Part shown: piece after piece, positions 22,637 through 30,867 of the stretch | Numbering within the stretch: the stretch's first letter is position 1 | Layout of the letters: each line of letters starts with the position of its first letter | Assembly: GCF_000012925.1 (NCBI RefSeq) | Contig: NC_007517.1 | Coordinates: 360,001 to 392,000, forward strand | DNA length: 32,000 bases | Direction: 5' to 3' | DNA from: Geobacter metallireducens GS-15 | GTDB lineage: Bacteria; Desulfobacterota; Desulfuromonadia; Geobacterales; Geobacteraceae | Made by a program: the position numbers and the translations under genes | The notes under the pieces: generated by a model | The model's input: the letters and a program-made list of their open reading frames with translations, nothing else | The model's database searches: none | What the model was told of the DNA's origin: nothing

Positions 22637-23805
22637 ACCTCCAGTCTAACCTCCGCCCCCCACGGCGCCGGCTTTTCACCATCCCGCGTCAGCACCCAGA
22701 GGGTAGGGAATTCCATCGGTTCCGGCACCGGACCAATGCCGTCGGTAAGGTAGATAACCGCAGCAGGGAGGGGGTGCATGGTCCGCGCAAAACTGAAAAC
22801 CGGCCGCAGATCGGTGAACCCTCCCCCTTCGTAGATTTCAACTACCGACGCAACTCCACGGAAAGCGTCGATCCTCTGGATTCGGCTGTTGGCGTAAAGT
22901 ACGGTGATAGTTGACTCCCGTCCCCGGGAGATCCGGACCAACTCCTGGGCGAAGGCCTCCCGCAGTTCGACGCTGTTGGTTGAATCGCTCACGTCGATTC
23001 CGATCAGGAGGTTCAGGCGCCGCATTTTTCGGGTCCCGGGCGTGATATGAACAAAACGGCGATGCTCCTTCATCCAGGTGGTCTGCCGGCCCGTTCTCCC
23101 CGCCGTCGCCACGAACTGCCGGAGCACCTGGCGCCACGGAATCGGCGAGGGGGCGAGCATCCCCGCCACCACCTGCCGGATGTCGGCCGGCACCTCTCCG
23201 TCACAGGCCCGGTAGGCGTCGCGCACCATCCCCCGCACCACTTCCTCGGCAAGACGCACCGGCGTGGCATCGGCATCGTCCCAGATGGCGTGGTCGTCCA
23301 CTGTCGCCACGGACTGCTCCTCGTCCTCCCCGGACTCCTTCTTCCCCCCGCTATCCCGCGAGGCGTTTCCCGTGCCGTACCCCTTGAGGCTTCCCGTGTC
23401 GAAGGGGTCGACGAGGAGGGCGTAGTACTCCTCAGCCGCAAGCCCTTCCTCCAGCTTGAAGGCCCGGGGGAGGAGCGCATCGGCGGGGAGGTGCTCGATG
23501 GAGGGGTTGATGGCCAAGTCGCAGGCCAGGTCCCAGTCGTGGTTGTTTCTTCCCTTGCGGCGAAACATGTGGAGGTGGATCAGGTGCTTGATGGTGTGCT
23601 CCAGGAGCCCTTCCTGAACCTGCGGGGGCTCGGCCCCGAAGAGAGGGGCGTTCACAGCCAGGGTTGGCACCCCGTCCCGCACCGTCACCCCGAGGGGGTG
23701 GCCGCCGTTCCCTCCCTCCCGGCGTAGTCCCAGGAGGAACCGGCCGTAGAAAGGCTTACGCTTCAGCATCCGAACAATGGCGTTTTCGATATTCCGCTTG
23801 GGCAT
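22633..23805 (-). CDS. DUF2201-type protein: N-terminal degenerate metallopeptidase-like domain + C-terminal VWA domain (390 aa)
   Basis: The start at MPKRNIE overlaps the yqaA stop (TGATG); the longer track ORF reaching 24054 overlaps yqaA. N-terminus is KPFYGRFLLGL...LEHTIKHLIHLH..WDLACDLAIN, with the HExxH position reading HTIKH. The VWA MIDAS motif is DVSDS, followed by a later LTDG. Confidence 0.75.
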   Translation of the reverse strand: MPKRNIENAIVRMLKRKPFYGRFLLGLRREGGNGGHPLGVTVRDGVPTLAVNAPLFGAEPPQVQEGLLEHTIKHLIHLHMFRRKGRNNHDWDLACDLAINPSIEHLPADALLPRAFKLEEGLAAEEYYALLVDPFDTGSLKGYGTGNASRDSGGKKESGEDEEQSVATVDDHAIWDDADATPVRLAEEVVRGMVRDAYRACDGEVPADIRQVVAGMLAPSPIPWRQVLRQFVATAGRTGRQTTWMKEHRRFVHITPGTRKMRRLNLLIGIDVSDSTNSVELREAFAQELVRISRGRESTITVLYANSRIQRIDAFRGVASVVEIYEGGGFTDLRPVFSFARTMHPLPAAVIYLTDGIGPVPEPMEFPTLWVLTRDGEKPAPWGAEVRLEV

Positions 23806-24248
23806 CACATCCCCCGCACGGTGATCCAGGCGATAAAGGCGTAGCGGGCCAGTTTTCCGCTCCCCACAAGGAGCGAGAACCGGATGAACCTCACCCGGAG
23901 GATTCCTCCCACAAGGCAGAGGGGGTCGCCGATGACCGGCAGCCACGAAAAGAGAAGGGACCAGGAGCCGTACCGGCCATAGAGACGGTCGGCCCGGCGC
24001 TCCGTCGCCTCGTCGATCCTGAGGACTCTGCGCACCAGAAAGGGGCCGCCCCACATGCCGATGGCGTAGGTGGTGCAGGCCCCGAGCCAGTTGCCGACGG
24101 TTGCCACGCCCACCGCCAGCGCCGGGTCATGATGCTTGAGGAGGAGCGTGACCAGAAGCCACTCGGAACCGATGGGGACCAGGGTAGACGCAAGGAAACT
24201 CAGGCCGAAGAGGGCCGGAAGGCTATGGGTTGTCAGGAGCTGCTCCAT
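23805..24248 (-). CDS. yqaA: YqaA-like DedA-family inner-membrane protein (147 aa)
   Basis: LLFSWLPVIGDPLCLVGG and GNWLGACTTYAIG align by eye with E. coli YqaA (LLLSWMPVVGDLLCLLAG; GNSLGGLTNVILG). Confidence 0.85.
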   Translation of the reverse strand: MEQLLTTHSLPALFGLSFLASTLVPIGSEWLLVTLLLKHHDPALAVGVATVGNWLGACTTYAIGMWGGPFLVRRVLRIDEATERRADRLYGRYGSWSLLFSWLPVIGDPLCLVGGILRVRFIRFSLLVGSGKLARYAFIAWITVRGM

Positions 24249-24311
24249 TGTGTAACCCTAGCGGAAGGGGACGGAAAATGTCAAAGGGTTTGCATCTGCA
24301 GAAATTAGGGC

Positions 24312-24341
24312 TTGACATATTCTAATGGGTTGGGCGACTAT
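24312..24341 (+). promoter_or_regulatory. Sigma70-like promoter TTGACA-N18-GACTAT
   Basis: Consensus -35 at 24312-24317 and a weak -10 at 24336-24341. The predicted start coincides with the A of the leader ATG (24349), suggesting a leaderless transcript. Confidence 0.35.
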
Positions 24342-24348
24342 ACGACCC

Positions 24349-24441
24349 ATGATCAATTTCGGCTTCTTTTCCTACGTTAGCTTTTACTTTTGGTGCGGCT
24401 TTTATTTTAGGCCGTCTGCCCAGGGTAGGGGTTTGTTGTAG
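24349..24441 (+). CDS. Aromatic-rich leader peptide (30 aa) MINFGFFSYVSFYFWCGFYFRPSAQGRGLL
   Basis: Residues 4-20 contain 7 Phe, 3 Tyr and 1 Trp. The ORF lies between a promoter-like element and an intrinsic terminator, upstream of DAHP synthase. No SD precedes the ATG. Confidence 0.6.
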   Translation: MINFGFFSYVSFYFWCGFYFRPSAQGRGLL

Positions 24442-24472
24442 GGAAGCTGAAAAACACTACACACTAAACCGG

Positions 24473-24510
24473 AAGCCGAGGGTGGACAGAGAGACCACCC
24501 CCGGCTTTTT
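24473..24510 (+). terminator. Attenuator-type intrinsic terminator
   Basis: AAGCCGAGGGTGG-acagagaga-CCACCCCCGGCTT with one A/C mismatch, ending in a run of five T (24506-24510). It lies 31 nt after the leader stop and 86 nt before the DAHP synthase ATG. Confidence 0.8.
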
Positions 24511-24539
24511 CAGTTGTTAAGACCAATATCGTGACAGTC

Positions 24540-24567
24540 AAAGGCCGGGGGAAATCCTCCGGCCTTT
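24540..24567 (+). other. Second 5'-UTR hairpin AAAGGCCGG-N10-CCGGCCTTT
   Basis: Perfect 9-bp stem between the terminator and the RBS. It is not followed by a clean T-run, and its function is unknown. Confidence 0.4.
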
Positions 24568-24596
24568 CGTCTTTCCGGGACCACAGGGAGGAAAGG

Positions 24597-25616
24597 ATGA
24601 TCATCGTCATGAAAGCAGGTGCAGCGAAAAAGGACCGGGACGAGGTAATCAAGCGGATCAAGGAGCTGGGGTACAAGCCCCACGTGATCCACGGAACCAC
24701 GCGGGACGTGATCGGGGCCGTGGGGGACGAGCGGGGGAAGCTGGTGCTGCAATCGATCGAATCGATGCACGGGGTGGAGAGCGTGGTCCCGATCCTCAAG
24801 CCCTACAAACTCGCCTCCAAGGAGGTGAAGGTGGAGCCGAGCATCATCCGGATCAGCGATGCGGTGAGCATCGGCGGCAAGGAGATCATCGTCATGGCCG
24901 GCCCCTGTTCGGTGGAAGGGGAGGAGCAGATCATCGAGACGGCCAAGGCGGTGAAGGCCGCCGGCGCCCAGGTGCTCCGCGGTGGGGCGTTCAAGCCGCG
25001 CACCTCCCCGTACTCCTTCCAGGGCCTTGAGGAAGAAGGACTCAAGCTTCTGGCCAAGGCCCGGGAGATCACCGGCCTTCCCATCGTTACCGAGGTGGTG
25101 AATCCCGAGACGGCGGATCTCGTGGCCGAGTACTCTGACATCCTCCAGATCGGCGCCCGCAATGCCCAGAACTTCGCCCTGCTCAAGAAGGTCGGGCAGC
25201 TCAGGCGGCCGGTACTCCTCAAGCGGGGCATGTCCATGACCATCCAGGAGTTCCTCATGAGCGCCGAGTACGTCTTGAGCGAGGGGAACCAGTCGGTGAT
25301 CCTCTGCGAGCGGGGAATCCGCACCTTCGAGACGGCAACTCGCAATACCCTTGACCTCTCCGCCATCCCGGTCCTCAAGGGGATGACGCACCTGCCGGTC
25401 ATTGCCGACCCCTCCCACGGTACCGGTAACTACCACTACGTGGCCCCCATGGCGCTGGCCGCCGTTGCCGCCGGGGCCGACGGGCTAATGATCGAGGTGC
25501 ATCCCGATCCGGAACGGGCCTCGTCGGACGGTCCCCAGTCCCTCAAGCCCAAGAAGTTCGATGCCCTCATGACGAAACTCAGGCTCGTTGCCGAGTCCGT
25601 GGACCGGATTGTCTAG
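24597..25616 (+). CDS. aroG: 3-deoxy-7-phosphoheptulonate (DAHP) synthase, class I-beta with N-terminal ACT/ferredoxin-like regulatory domain (339 aa)
   Basis: AGGGAGGAAAGG RBS. MIIVMK...regulatory domain, then [39 protein letters not shown] and DPSHGTG, as in Thermotoga-type DAHP synthases. The track ORF opens upstream at 24531. Confidence 0.92.
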   Translation: MIIVMKAGAAKKDRDEVIKRIKELGYKPHVIHGTTRDVIGAVGDERGKLVLQSIESMHGVESVVPILKPYKLASKEVKVEPSIIRISDAVSIGGKEIIVMAGPCSVEGEEQIIETAKAVKAAGAQVLRGGAFKPRTSPYSFQGLEEEGLKLLAKAREITGLPIVTEVVNPETADLVAEYSDILQIGARNAQNFALLKKVGQLRRPVLLKRGMSMTIQEFLMSAEYVLSEGNQSVILCERGIRTFETATRNTLDLSAIPVLKGMTHLPVIADPSHGTGNYHYVAPMALAAVAAGADGLMIEVHPDPERASSDGPQSLKPKKFDALMTKLRLVAESVDRIV

Positions 25617-25712
25617 CAAACGGTCGAGCAAAACCCTTGCGCCCTTCCCGATGCTGCGATAGGATTGGTTGTTTTTAACCATGGTGGACAGCACAAGCTG
25701 AGGGAGGGGTAC

Positions 25713-26165
25713 ATGCATATCATTCGTCGTATGGTGGCGGTCGCGGTCGTCATGCTTGCCGTTGCCGGTCCGGCCAGTGCCCGCACGGCACGGCCCGCCG
25801 ATCCGGGGATGGCTGCCGAGGCCCGGCAAAGCCTGGAAGATATCCTCGATACCTGGCGCGACGGTAACTACGAGCTTCTCTATGATCGGACGAGCGTGAG
25901 CGGTCGGGAAAGCCGGGAGGGGTTTGCCCGCAAGCTGGCCAAAGCCTCCCGCCGCCCCGCCTGTTGCTGGGAGAAGCTTCAGGAGGTGACGGTGTCGGCC
26001 CGCAGCGGCGATACCGTCACGGTTCGGGGCCGCTTCGGGCTGGACGGGGGGCCGGGAGGGACCGAGTATGCAACCAGATCGGTTCGCCTCGTGCGGGAGG
26101 ACGGGGTATGGAAGGCGTCCCGGGCAGATATCCTCTCCCTTGCCGGCGAGAAGCGCAGACGGTAG
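25713..26165 (+). CDS. Exported hypothetical protein, possibly NTF2-like fold (150 aa)
   Basis: GGGAGGGG RBS and signal peptide MHIIRRMVAVAVVMLAVAGPASA. The fold is guessed from size and pattern only. Confidence 0.6.
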   Translation: MHIIRRMVAVAVVMLAVAGPASARTARPADPGMAAEARQSLEDILDTWRDGNYELLYDRTSVSGRESREGFARKLAKASRRPACCWEKLQEVTVSARSGDTVTVRGRFGLDGGPGGTEYATRSVRLVREDGVWKASRADILSLAGEKRRR

Positions 26166-26218
26166 CGCCACGGGGGAGGAGCTTTCAGTGGGGCGTTTCG
26201 GTGATATAGTTGTATCCC

Positions 26219-28291
26219 ATGAAGACGCTCGTTTTCTTCCTGATAGTGCTCGTCTCGCCGCTGGTGCTCTTCTCCGCCTGCACGGCCCGGGGCGAGGTCC
26301 GGTTGCTTCGCCAGGAGATAACGGTCCGCCTGGAACCGGAGCGCCATCTCCTTCTCGGCACGAGCGTTCTGGAGCTACCCCGGGGCGCTTCCGGACGGCT
26401 CACCGTCTCCCTCAACCAGAGGGCTGCGGTGGACGGGGTGACCGTCGACGGGCGGAAAGCGGATTTTAGCCGGGCCGGCGAAGCCGTTGCCGTGGCACTT
26501 CCCGGGGAGAGCGGCGCCTCGCCCCGTCGGGTTTTGATCCGCTACCAATGCACCTTCAACGATCCGGCGCCGGAGCGGCCGGTTGACAGCGAAGACCCCT
26601 CCTACGGCGTGAGCGGCGCCATAACCACCAGGGGAACCTATCTCGGCAGCGACGCCGGTTGGTACCCGGCTCCGCAGACTCTGCCGGAGAGCCGGCGCGT
26701 GACGGTTACGGCCCCTGCCGGGATCGAGGCCATTGCTGCCGGTCGGCGTATTGCCCGTTCCACGGACAAGGGGACCACCTCCTCCACCTGGGAGGAGGCC
26801 CGGCCCGTGGAGGGACTCTCCCTCTCGGCCGGTCCCTACGTCATCGGAGAGCGGAGTCTTGGCGGCATCCCCCTCTATTCCTACTTCTATCCGGAGAACG
26901 CCAGCCTTGCAGCGCGCTACCTGGAGGCATCCGCCGGCTATATCCGCTTCTATGCCGGAAAGTTCGGCCCCTACCCCTTCGAAAAATTTGCCGTGGTGGA
27001 GAACTTCTTTCCCACGGGCTACGGCTTTCCCTCCTATACCCTCATCGGCGGCACGGTGATCCGCCTTCCCTTTATCGTTCACACGAGCCTCCCTCACGAG
27101 ATTGCCCACTGCTGGTGGGGAAACGGTGTTCTCGTCGACTACCGGCAGGGGAACTGGTCCGAGGGGCTCGTGACTTACCTGGCCGACTACCTCCTGGAGG
27201 AGCGGAAATCGGCTCGGGATGGGCGTGATTACCGCTTCCGCATCCTGGCCGATTACGCGTCCCTGGTGGGGGCTGGTGACGATTTCCCCCTGGAGCGGTT
27301 CCTCGGCCGGAAGGATTCGGCTTCCCGGTCCATCGGCTACGGCAAGGGGGCGATGCTCTTTCACATGGTCCGGAAGCGGATTGGCGACGAGGCGTTCTTC
27401 GGGGCGCTTCGGGAACTCTTCCGTGAGAAGCGCTTTTCAGCGGCTACCTGGGACGATTTTGTGCGGGCTTTTTCCCGTGCCTCGGGGGAGGAACTCTCAT
27501 CTTTCGTGACCCCCTGGCTCCACCAGCCGGGTGGGCCGCGCCTGGCACTGTCAGGGGTGACGCAGCAGCGAAACGGCGCCGGCTGGCTCGTGACCGGAGC
27601 GGTCCGCCGTGATGGCGAGGGATACGACCTTGGGGTGACGGTGCGGGTGGAGGCAGGGGGGAGGGGGTATGACCGGACCGTGGCGCTGACAGGAGAGGAG
27701 ACCCCGTTTGCGGTGCCGGTACCGACGAACCCCGAGGAGGTGGTGCTCGACCCCGAGGTGGATCTCTTCCGGATTCTGTCCCGGGACGAACTCCCCCTTA
27801 CCGTGAACCGGATCAAGGGGAGCCGGACCCTTGCGGCGGTCGTGACCCGTACGTGCGGTGCCGACGACAAGATGCTGCGGCTTTTCCTTCGCTCTCTGGG
27901 CCAGGGCGACGCGCCGCTGCTCCGCGAAGAGACCGCCGGGGAGAGCTCTCTGGCAGACCGCGACCTCCTGCTCTGCGGAATGCCGACGCGGCCCGGGCTT
28001 CTGCCGCCGCTGCCGCCGGGAGTGACAGCGGCGGCCGGGGGATTTGCCGTGAACGGTATGGGGTACCAAGGGCCCGGCGACCTCGTGTTCATGGTGCTGA
28101 ATCGCCCTGAAGCATCCGGCAGGGTGATAGCGCTGCTCCTTGCCGACGCGCCGGCCGGGGCCGAGGCGGCGGCCCTCAAGATCACCCACTACGGCCGTTA
28201 CGGGCTCCTGGTCTTTTCCGGAGGGGAGAACCGGGTCAAGGAGACCTCGCGTCCTCCGGGCGGCGGGAGCATCGTGAGATTCGCCCGGTGA
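26219..28291 (+). CDS. M1-family (aminopeptidase N-like) zinc metallopeptidase, predicted lipoprotein (690 aa)
   Basis: Lipobox LFSAC after MKTLVFFLIVLVSPLV. Gluzincin motif HEIAHCWWGN followed 18 residues later by WSEGLVTY. A TTG at 26210 is an alternative start, and no clear SD is present. Confidence 0.85.
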   Translation: MKTLVFFLIVLVSPLVLFSACTARGEVRLLRQEITVRLEPERHLLLGTSVLELPRGASGRLTVSLNQRAAVDGVTVDGRKADFSRAGEAVAVALPGESGASPRRVLIRYQCTFNDPAPERPVDSEDPSYGVSGAITTRGTYLGSDAGWYPAPQTLPESRRVTVTAPAGIEAIAAGRRIARSTDKGTTSSTWEEARPVEGLSLSAGPYVIGERSLGGIPLYSYFYPENASLAARYLEASAGYIRFYAGKFGPYPFEKFAVVENFFPTGYGFPSYTLIGGTVIRLPFIVHTSLPHEIAHCWWGNGVLVDYRQGNWSEGLVTYLADYLLEERKSARDGRDYRFRILADYASLVGAGDDFPLERFLGRKDSASRSIGYGKGAMLFHMVRKRIGDEAFFGALRELFREKRFSAATWDDFVRAFSRASGEELSSFVTPWLHQPGGPRLALSGVTQQRNGAGWLVTGAVRRDGEGYDLGVTVRVEAGGRGYDRTVALTGEETPFAVPVPTNPEEVVLDPEVDLFRILSRDELPLTVNRIKGSRTLAAVVTRTCGADDKMLRLFLRSLGQGDAPLLREETAGESSLADRDLLLCGMPTRPGLLPPLPPGVTAAAGGFAVNGMGYQGPGDLVFMVLNRPEASGRVIALLLADAPAGAEAAALKITHYGRYGLLVFSGGENRVKETSRPPGGGSIVRFAR

Positions 28292-28323
28292 GAGGCAACG
28301 GTGCCGGCGTTGGGGGAGGAGTC

Positions 28324-29172
28324 GTGAAGCGTTTCGGCAGGTTCGCCGGCATCGCCCTCGTTTTGGTTGTGGCTGCCCTGACGGCTCGGAGCTGCTTCAG
28401 CCACGACCTCATCGTGCGGCTGTCGGACCGCAAAGAGATCAGCTTTAAGCAGATGATGGGGGATTTGCGGAAGGTTGCGGTGATTTACGTGGGAGAGGTT
28501 CACGACAATCCCGATCACCACGTGCTGCAGCTGCGGATCATCCGGGGACTGCACCGGGCCGGGGTTCCGCTGGCCATCGGCATGGAGATGTTTACCGCCG
28601 GGAGCCAGCAGGAGCTCGACCGGTGGGTGGCGGGGCAGACCGGCACGGCCGCGTTTCAGCGGATCTACCGCAGGGAGTGGAACCTGCCGTGGTCCCTCTA
28701 TGGCGACATCCTTCTCTTTGCCCGTGACAAGCGGATTCCCCTCATCGGTCTCAACGTCCCCCGGGACATTACCCGCAAGGTGGGCCGGGAGGGATTCGCT
28801 TCCCTGACGGAGGATGAGCGGCGGAAGCTTCCCCCCAACATCACCTGCGACGTGGATGAGAGCTACATGGCCATGATTCACCGCTCCTACTCAAGCCACG
28901 GCCTCAGCGCCAACACCTTCAGGAACTTCTGCGAAGCCCAGATGCTCTGGAACAAGTCCATGGCCTACCACATGGTGGAATATCTCAGGAAGAATCCGGG
29001 GCGGACCGTGGTGGTCATCACGGGAGGAGGCCATGCCATCAGGGGGGGAATGCCGGTTCAGGTGGACCGGGAGAGGCCCGGCCTCTCCAGCCGGGTGGTT
29101 CTGCCCGACCCGGTGGTCCGCAACGGCCGGATTAAGGCGGAGGAAGCCGATTACCTCTGGCTTTCCCACTGA
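28324..29172 (+). CDS. ChaN-like / DUF399 (Tiki-erythromycin esterase superfamily) exported protein (282 aa)
   Basis: GTG start 5 nt after GGAGGA (an alternative GTG at 28288 overlaps the upstream stop). N-terminal anchor/signal. Motifs GEVHDNPDHH, GMEMF, and a later ITGGGH typical of ChaN-type proteins. Confidence 0.75.
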   Translation: MKRFGRFAGIALVLVVAALTARSCFSHDLIVRLSDRKEISFKQMMGDLRKVAVIYVGEVHDNPDHHVLQLRIIRGLHRAGVPLAIGMEMFTAGSQQELDRWVAGQTGTAAFQRIYRREWNLPWSLYGDILLFARDKRIPLIGLNVPRDITRKVGREGFASLTEDERRKLPPNITCDVDESYMAMIHRSYSSHGLSANTFRNFCEAQMLWNKSMAYHMVEYLRKNPGRTVVVITGGGHAIRGGMPVQVDRERPGLSSRVVLPDPVVRNGRIKAEEADYLWLSH

Positions 29173-29177
29173 AGGGA

Positions 29178-30626
29178 TTACTTCATTCTCGGCAGGGAGA
29201 CGAAGAAGGTGCTTCCGGCGTCGGGAGTGCTCTCCACCCACACCCGCCCGCCGTGGGCCGCCACGATTTCCCGCACGAGGGTGAGCCCCAGCCCGGCCCC
29301 TCCCACCTTTCGCCGGTCGCTGTTGTCGACTCGGAAGAACCGCTCGAAAACCCGTTCCTGGAATTCGGGGGAGATGCCGACCCCGTTGTCCTTCACCCAG
29401 AAGACGACCATGTCGTCATCGGCCCTCCCGCCGAGGGTGACGGTCCCTCCGGCCGGTGAGTACTTGATGGCGTTGGAGATGAGGTTGCCGGCCACCTGGT
29501 AGAGCTGTTCCTCGTTGCCGCGCACCGGTGGAAGATCCGGGGGGCACTCCACAACAATGGTGTGCTTCCGGGATGCCGCTGTGTAGAGGGCCGCGGCGTC
29601 GGCCAGCAGAAGCCCCACCGACACCGGCATGATCCGGAATTTGACCATGCTTGCCTTGAGCCGCTGGAGTTGGAGAAAGTTGTTGATCAGCTCGCTCAGC
29701 CGCTCGGTTTCCTTGTGGATGGTCTGGAGGCAGTTTTTCTGCTGCTCCCGGTCTACCTCGTTTTCCAGCAGGAATTCGGTGAAGCCGATCATGGCCGTGA
29801 GGGGGGTGTGCATCTCGTGGCTCACGGCGGAAATCATCTCGTCCTTCATCCGCTCCATCTCTTTGCGTTCGGTGATGTCGATGGCGATCTCCATCCGGAC
29901 GAGCCGGTCGTCGGTCCAGCGGATCGCCTTGTCGATGCACTGGTACCAACGGCCGGTGGTCATGTTCTTGTATTCCCAGATGTAGGGGGGGAGCGCCTTG
30001 CCGTCCAGCAGGAGCTTGTCGTTGGTGCAGAAGTCGCATGGCAGCGTCTTTCCCCCCTGGATCACCTCGTGGCAGGGGCGCCCCTCCCAGTTCTCGCCGA
30101 AAAGCTGGGCGCCGTACTTGTTCAGGTAGAGGAGCCGGTAGCTGTCCATGTCAACCACGTAGACCAGGGCGTTGAGGGAGTCGAAGATGGTGCTGATCTG
30201 GTTGAACTGGTTCCGCATGGCCGCTTCGGCCTGGCGCCGGCGCCGGCGTTCGCCGGCCTCCCTCACTTCGCGCTCGATGGCCGGCACCAGGCGCGAGAGG
30301 TTGCCCTTCATGAGATAATCGTGGGCGCCGGCCTTCATGGCTGCCACCGCCAGGTCTTCGCCGATCTTGCCTGAAACAATGATGAACGGTATGTCGAGCT
30401 CCCGTTCCTTGACGATCTCCAGCCCCACCATGGCGCCGAACCGGGGCATGTTGTAGTCGGCTATGATTACGTCCCATTCCCGTTCGTCCAGGAGAGCGCG
30501 CATGCCGGCGTCCGTTTCGGTCCGCTCGTAGACGGGGTCGATACCGCCACGGCGCAGTTCTCGAAGCAAGAGAAGCAGATCGTCTTCGGAGTCTTCCAGG
30601 ATAAGCATGCGTAACTGGTGATCCAT
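29178..30626 (-). CDS. Hybrid sensor: N-terminal receiver - Cys-rich PAS - HisKA - HATPase_c histidine kinase (482 aa)
   Basis: Start at MDHQLRMLILEDSEDD (the ORF opens upstream at 30749). REC motifs are DVIIADYNMP and SGK. H-box SHEMHTPL, N-box NLISNAIKY, G-boxes DNGVGI and GGAGLGL. Confidence 0.9.
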   Translation of the reverse strand: MDHQLRMLILEDSEDDLLLLLRELRRGGIDPVYERTETDAGMRALLDEREWDVIIADYNMPRFGAMVGLEIVKERELDIPFIIVSGKIGEDLAVAAMKAGAHDYLMKGNLSRLVPAIEREVREAGERRRRRQAEAAMRNQFNQISTIFDSLNALVYVVDMDSYRLLYLNKYGAQLFGENWEGRPCHEVIQGGKTLPCDFCTNDKLLLDGKALPPYIWEYKNMTTGRWYQCIDKAIRWTDDRLVRMEIAIDITERKEMERMKDEMISAVSHEMHTPLTAMIGFTEFLLENEVDREQQKNCLQTIHKETERLSELINNFLQLQRLKASMVKFRIMPVSVGLLLADAAALYTAASRKHTIVVECPPDLPPVRGNEEQLYQVAGNLISNAIKYSPAGGTVTLGGRADDDMVVFWVKDNGVGISPEFQERVFERFFRVDNSDRRKVGGAGLGLTLVREIVAAHGGRVWVESTPDAGSTFFVSLPRMK

Positions 30627-30867
30627 GGGGAGTCCTGTTCCCGGGACTGTGTCCGGCGATGGTTGTGTGGTGGTGAGATGACGGACTGACGTGCCGGTCA
30701 TATGGCCATTTCGCATGACAATTCTAACCTTCCTCACCCTTTGGGTCAATGGGTGCTTGTCGACCCTTTAACCTTGACTTTTCAACGGCATACCGGTAAC
30801 GTTAGACGCTTTTTCGACCTTTGCCCTGCTGTTTTTCTCGTCGATTACCCCGTAGTGGAGGACGTCC

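Noticed and set aside
25617-25712. GEMM-I (c-di-GMP/cGAMP) riboswitch suggested by two GCAAA motifs; also looked for in 20270-20787
   Set aside because: The two GCAAA copies are only 11 nt apart, with no intervening P1 hairpin and no tetraloop/receptor arrangement. Nothing similar is present upstream of the OmpA-family gene.
30627-30867. T-box or Ile-rich leader peptide upstream of ileS
   Set aside because: There is no Ile-rich small ORF and no terminator/antiterminator-like hairpin with a T-run. Only weak promoter-like hexamers are present (TTGACT 30784-30789).
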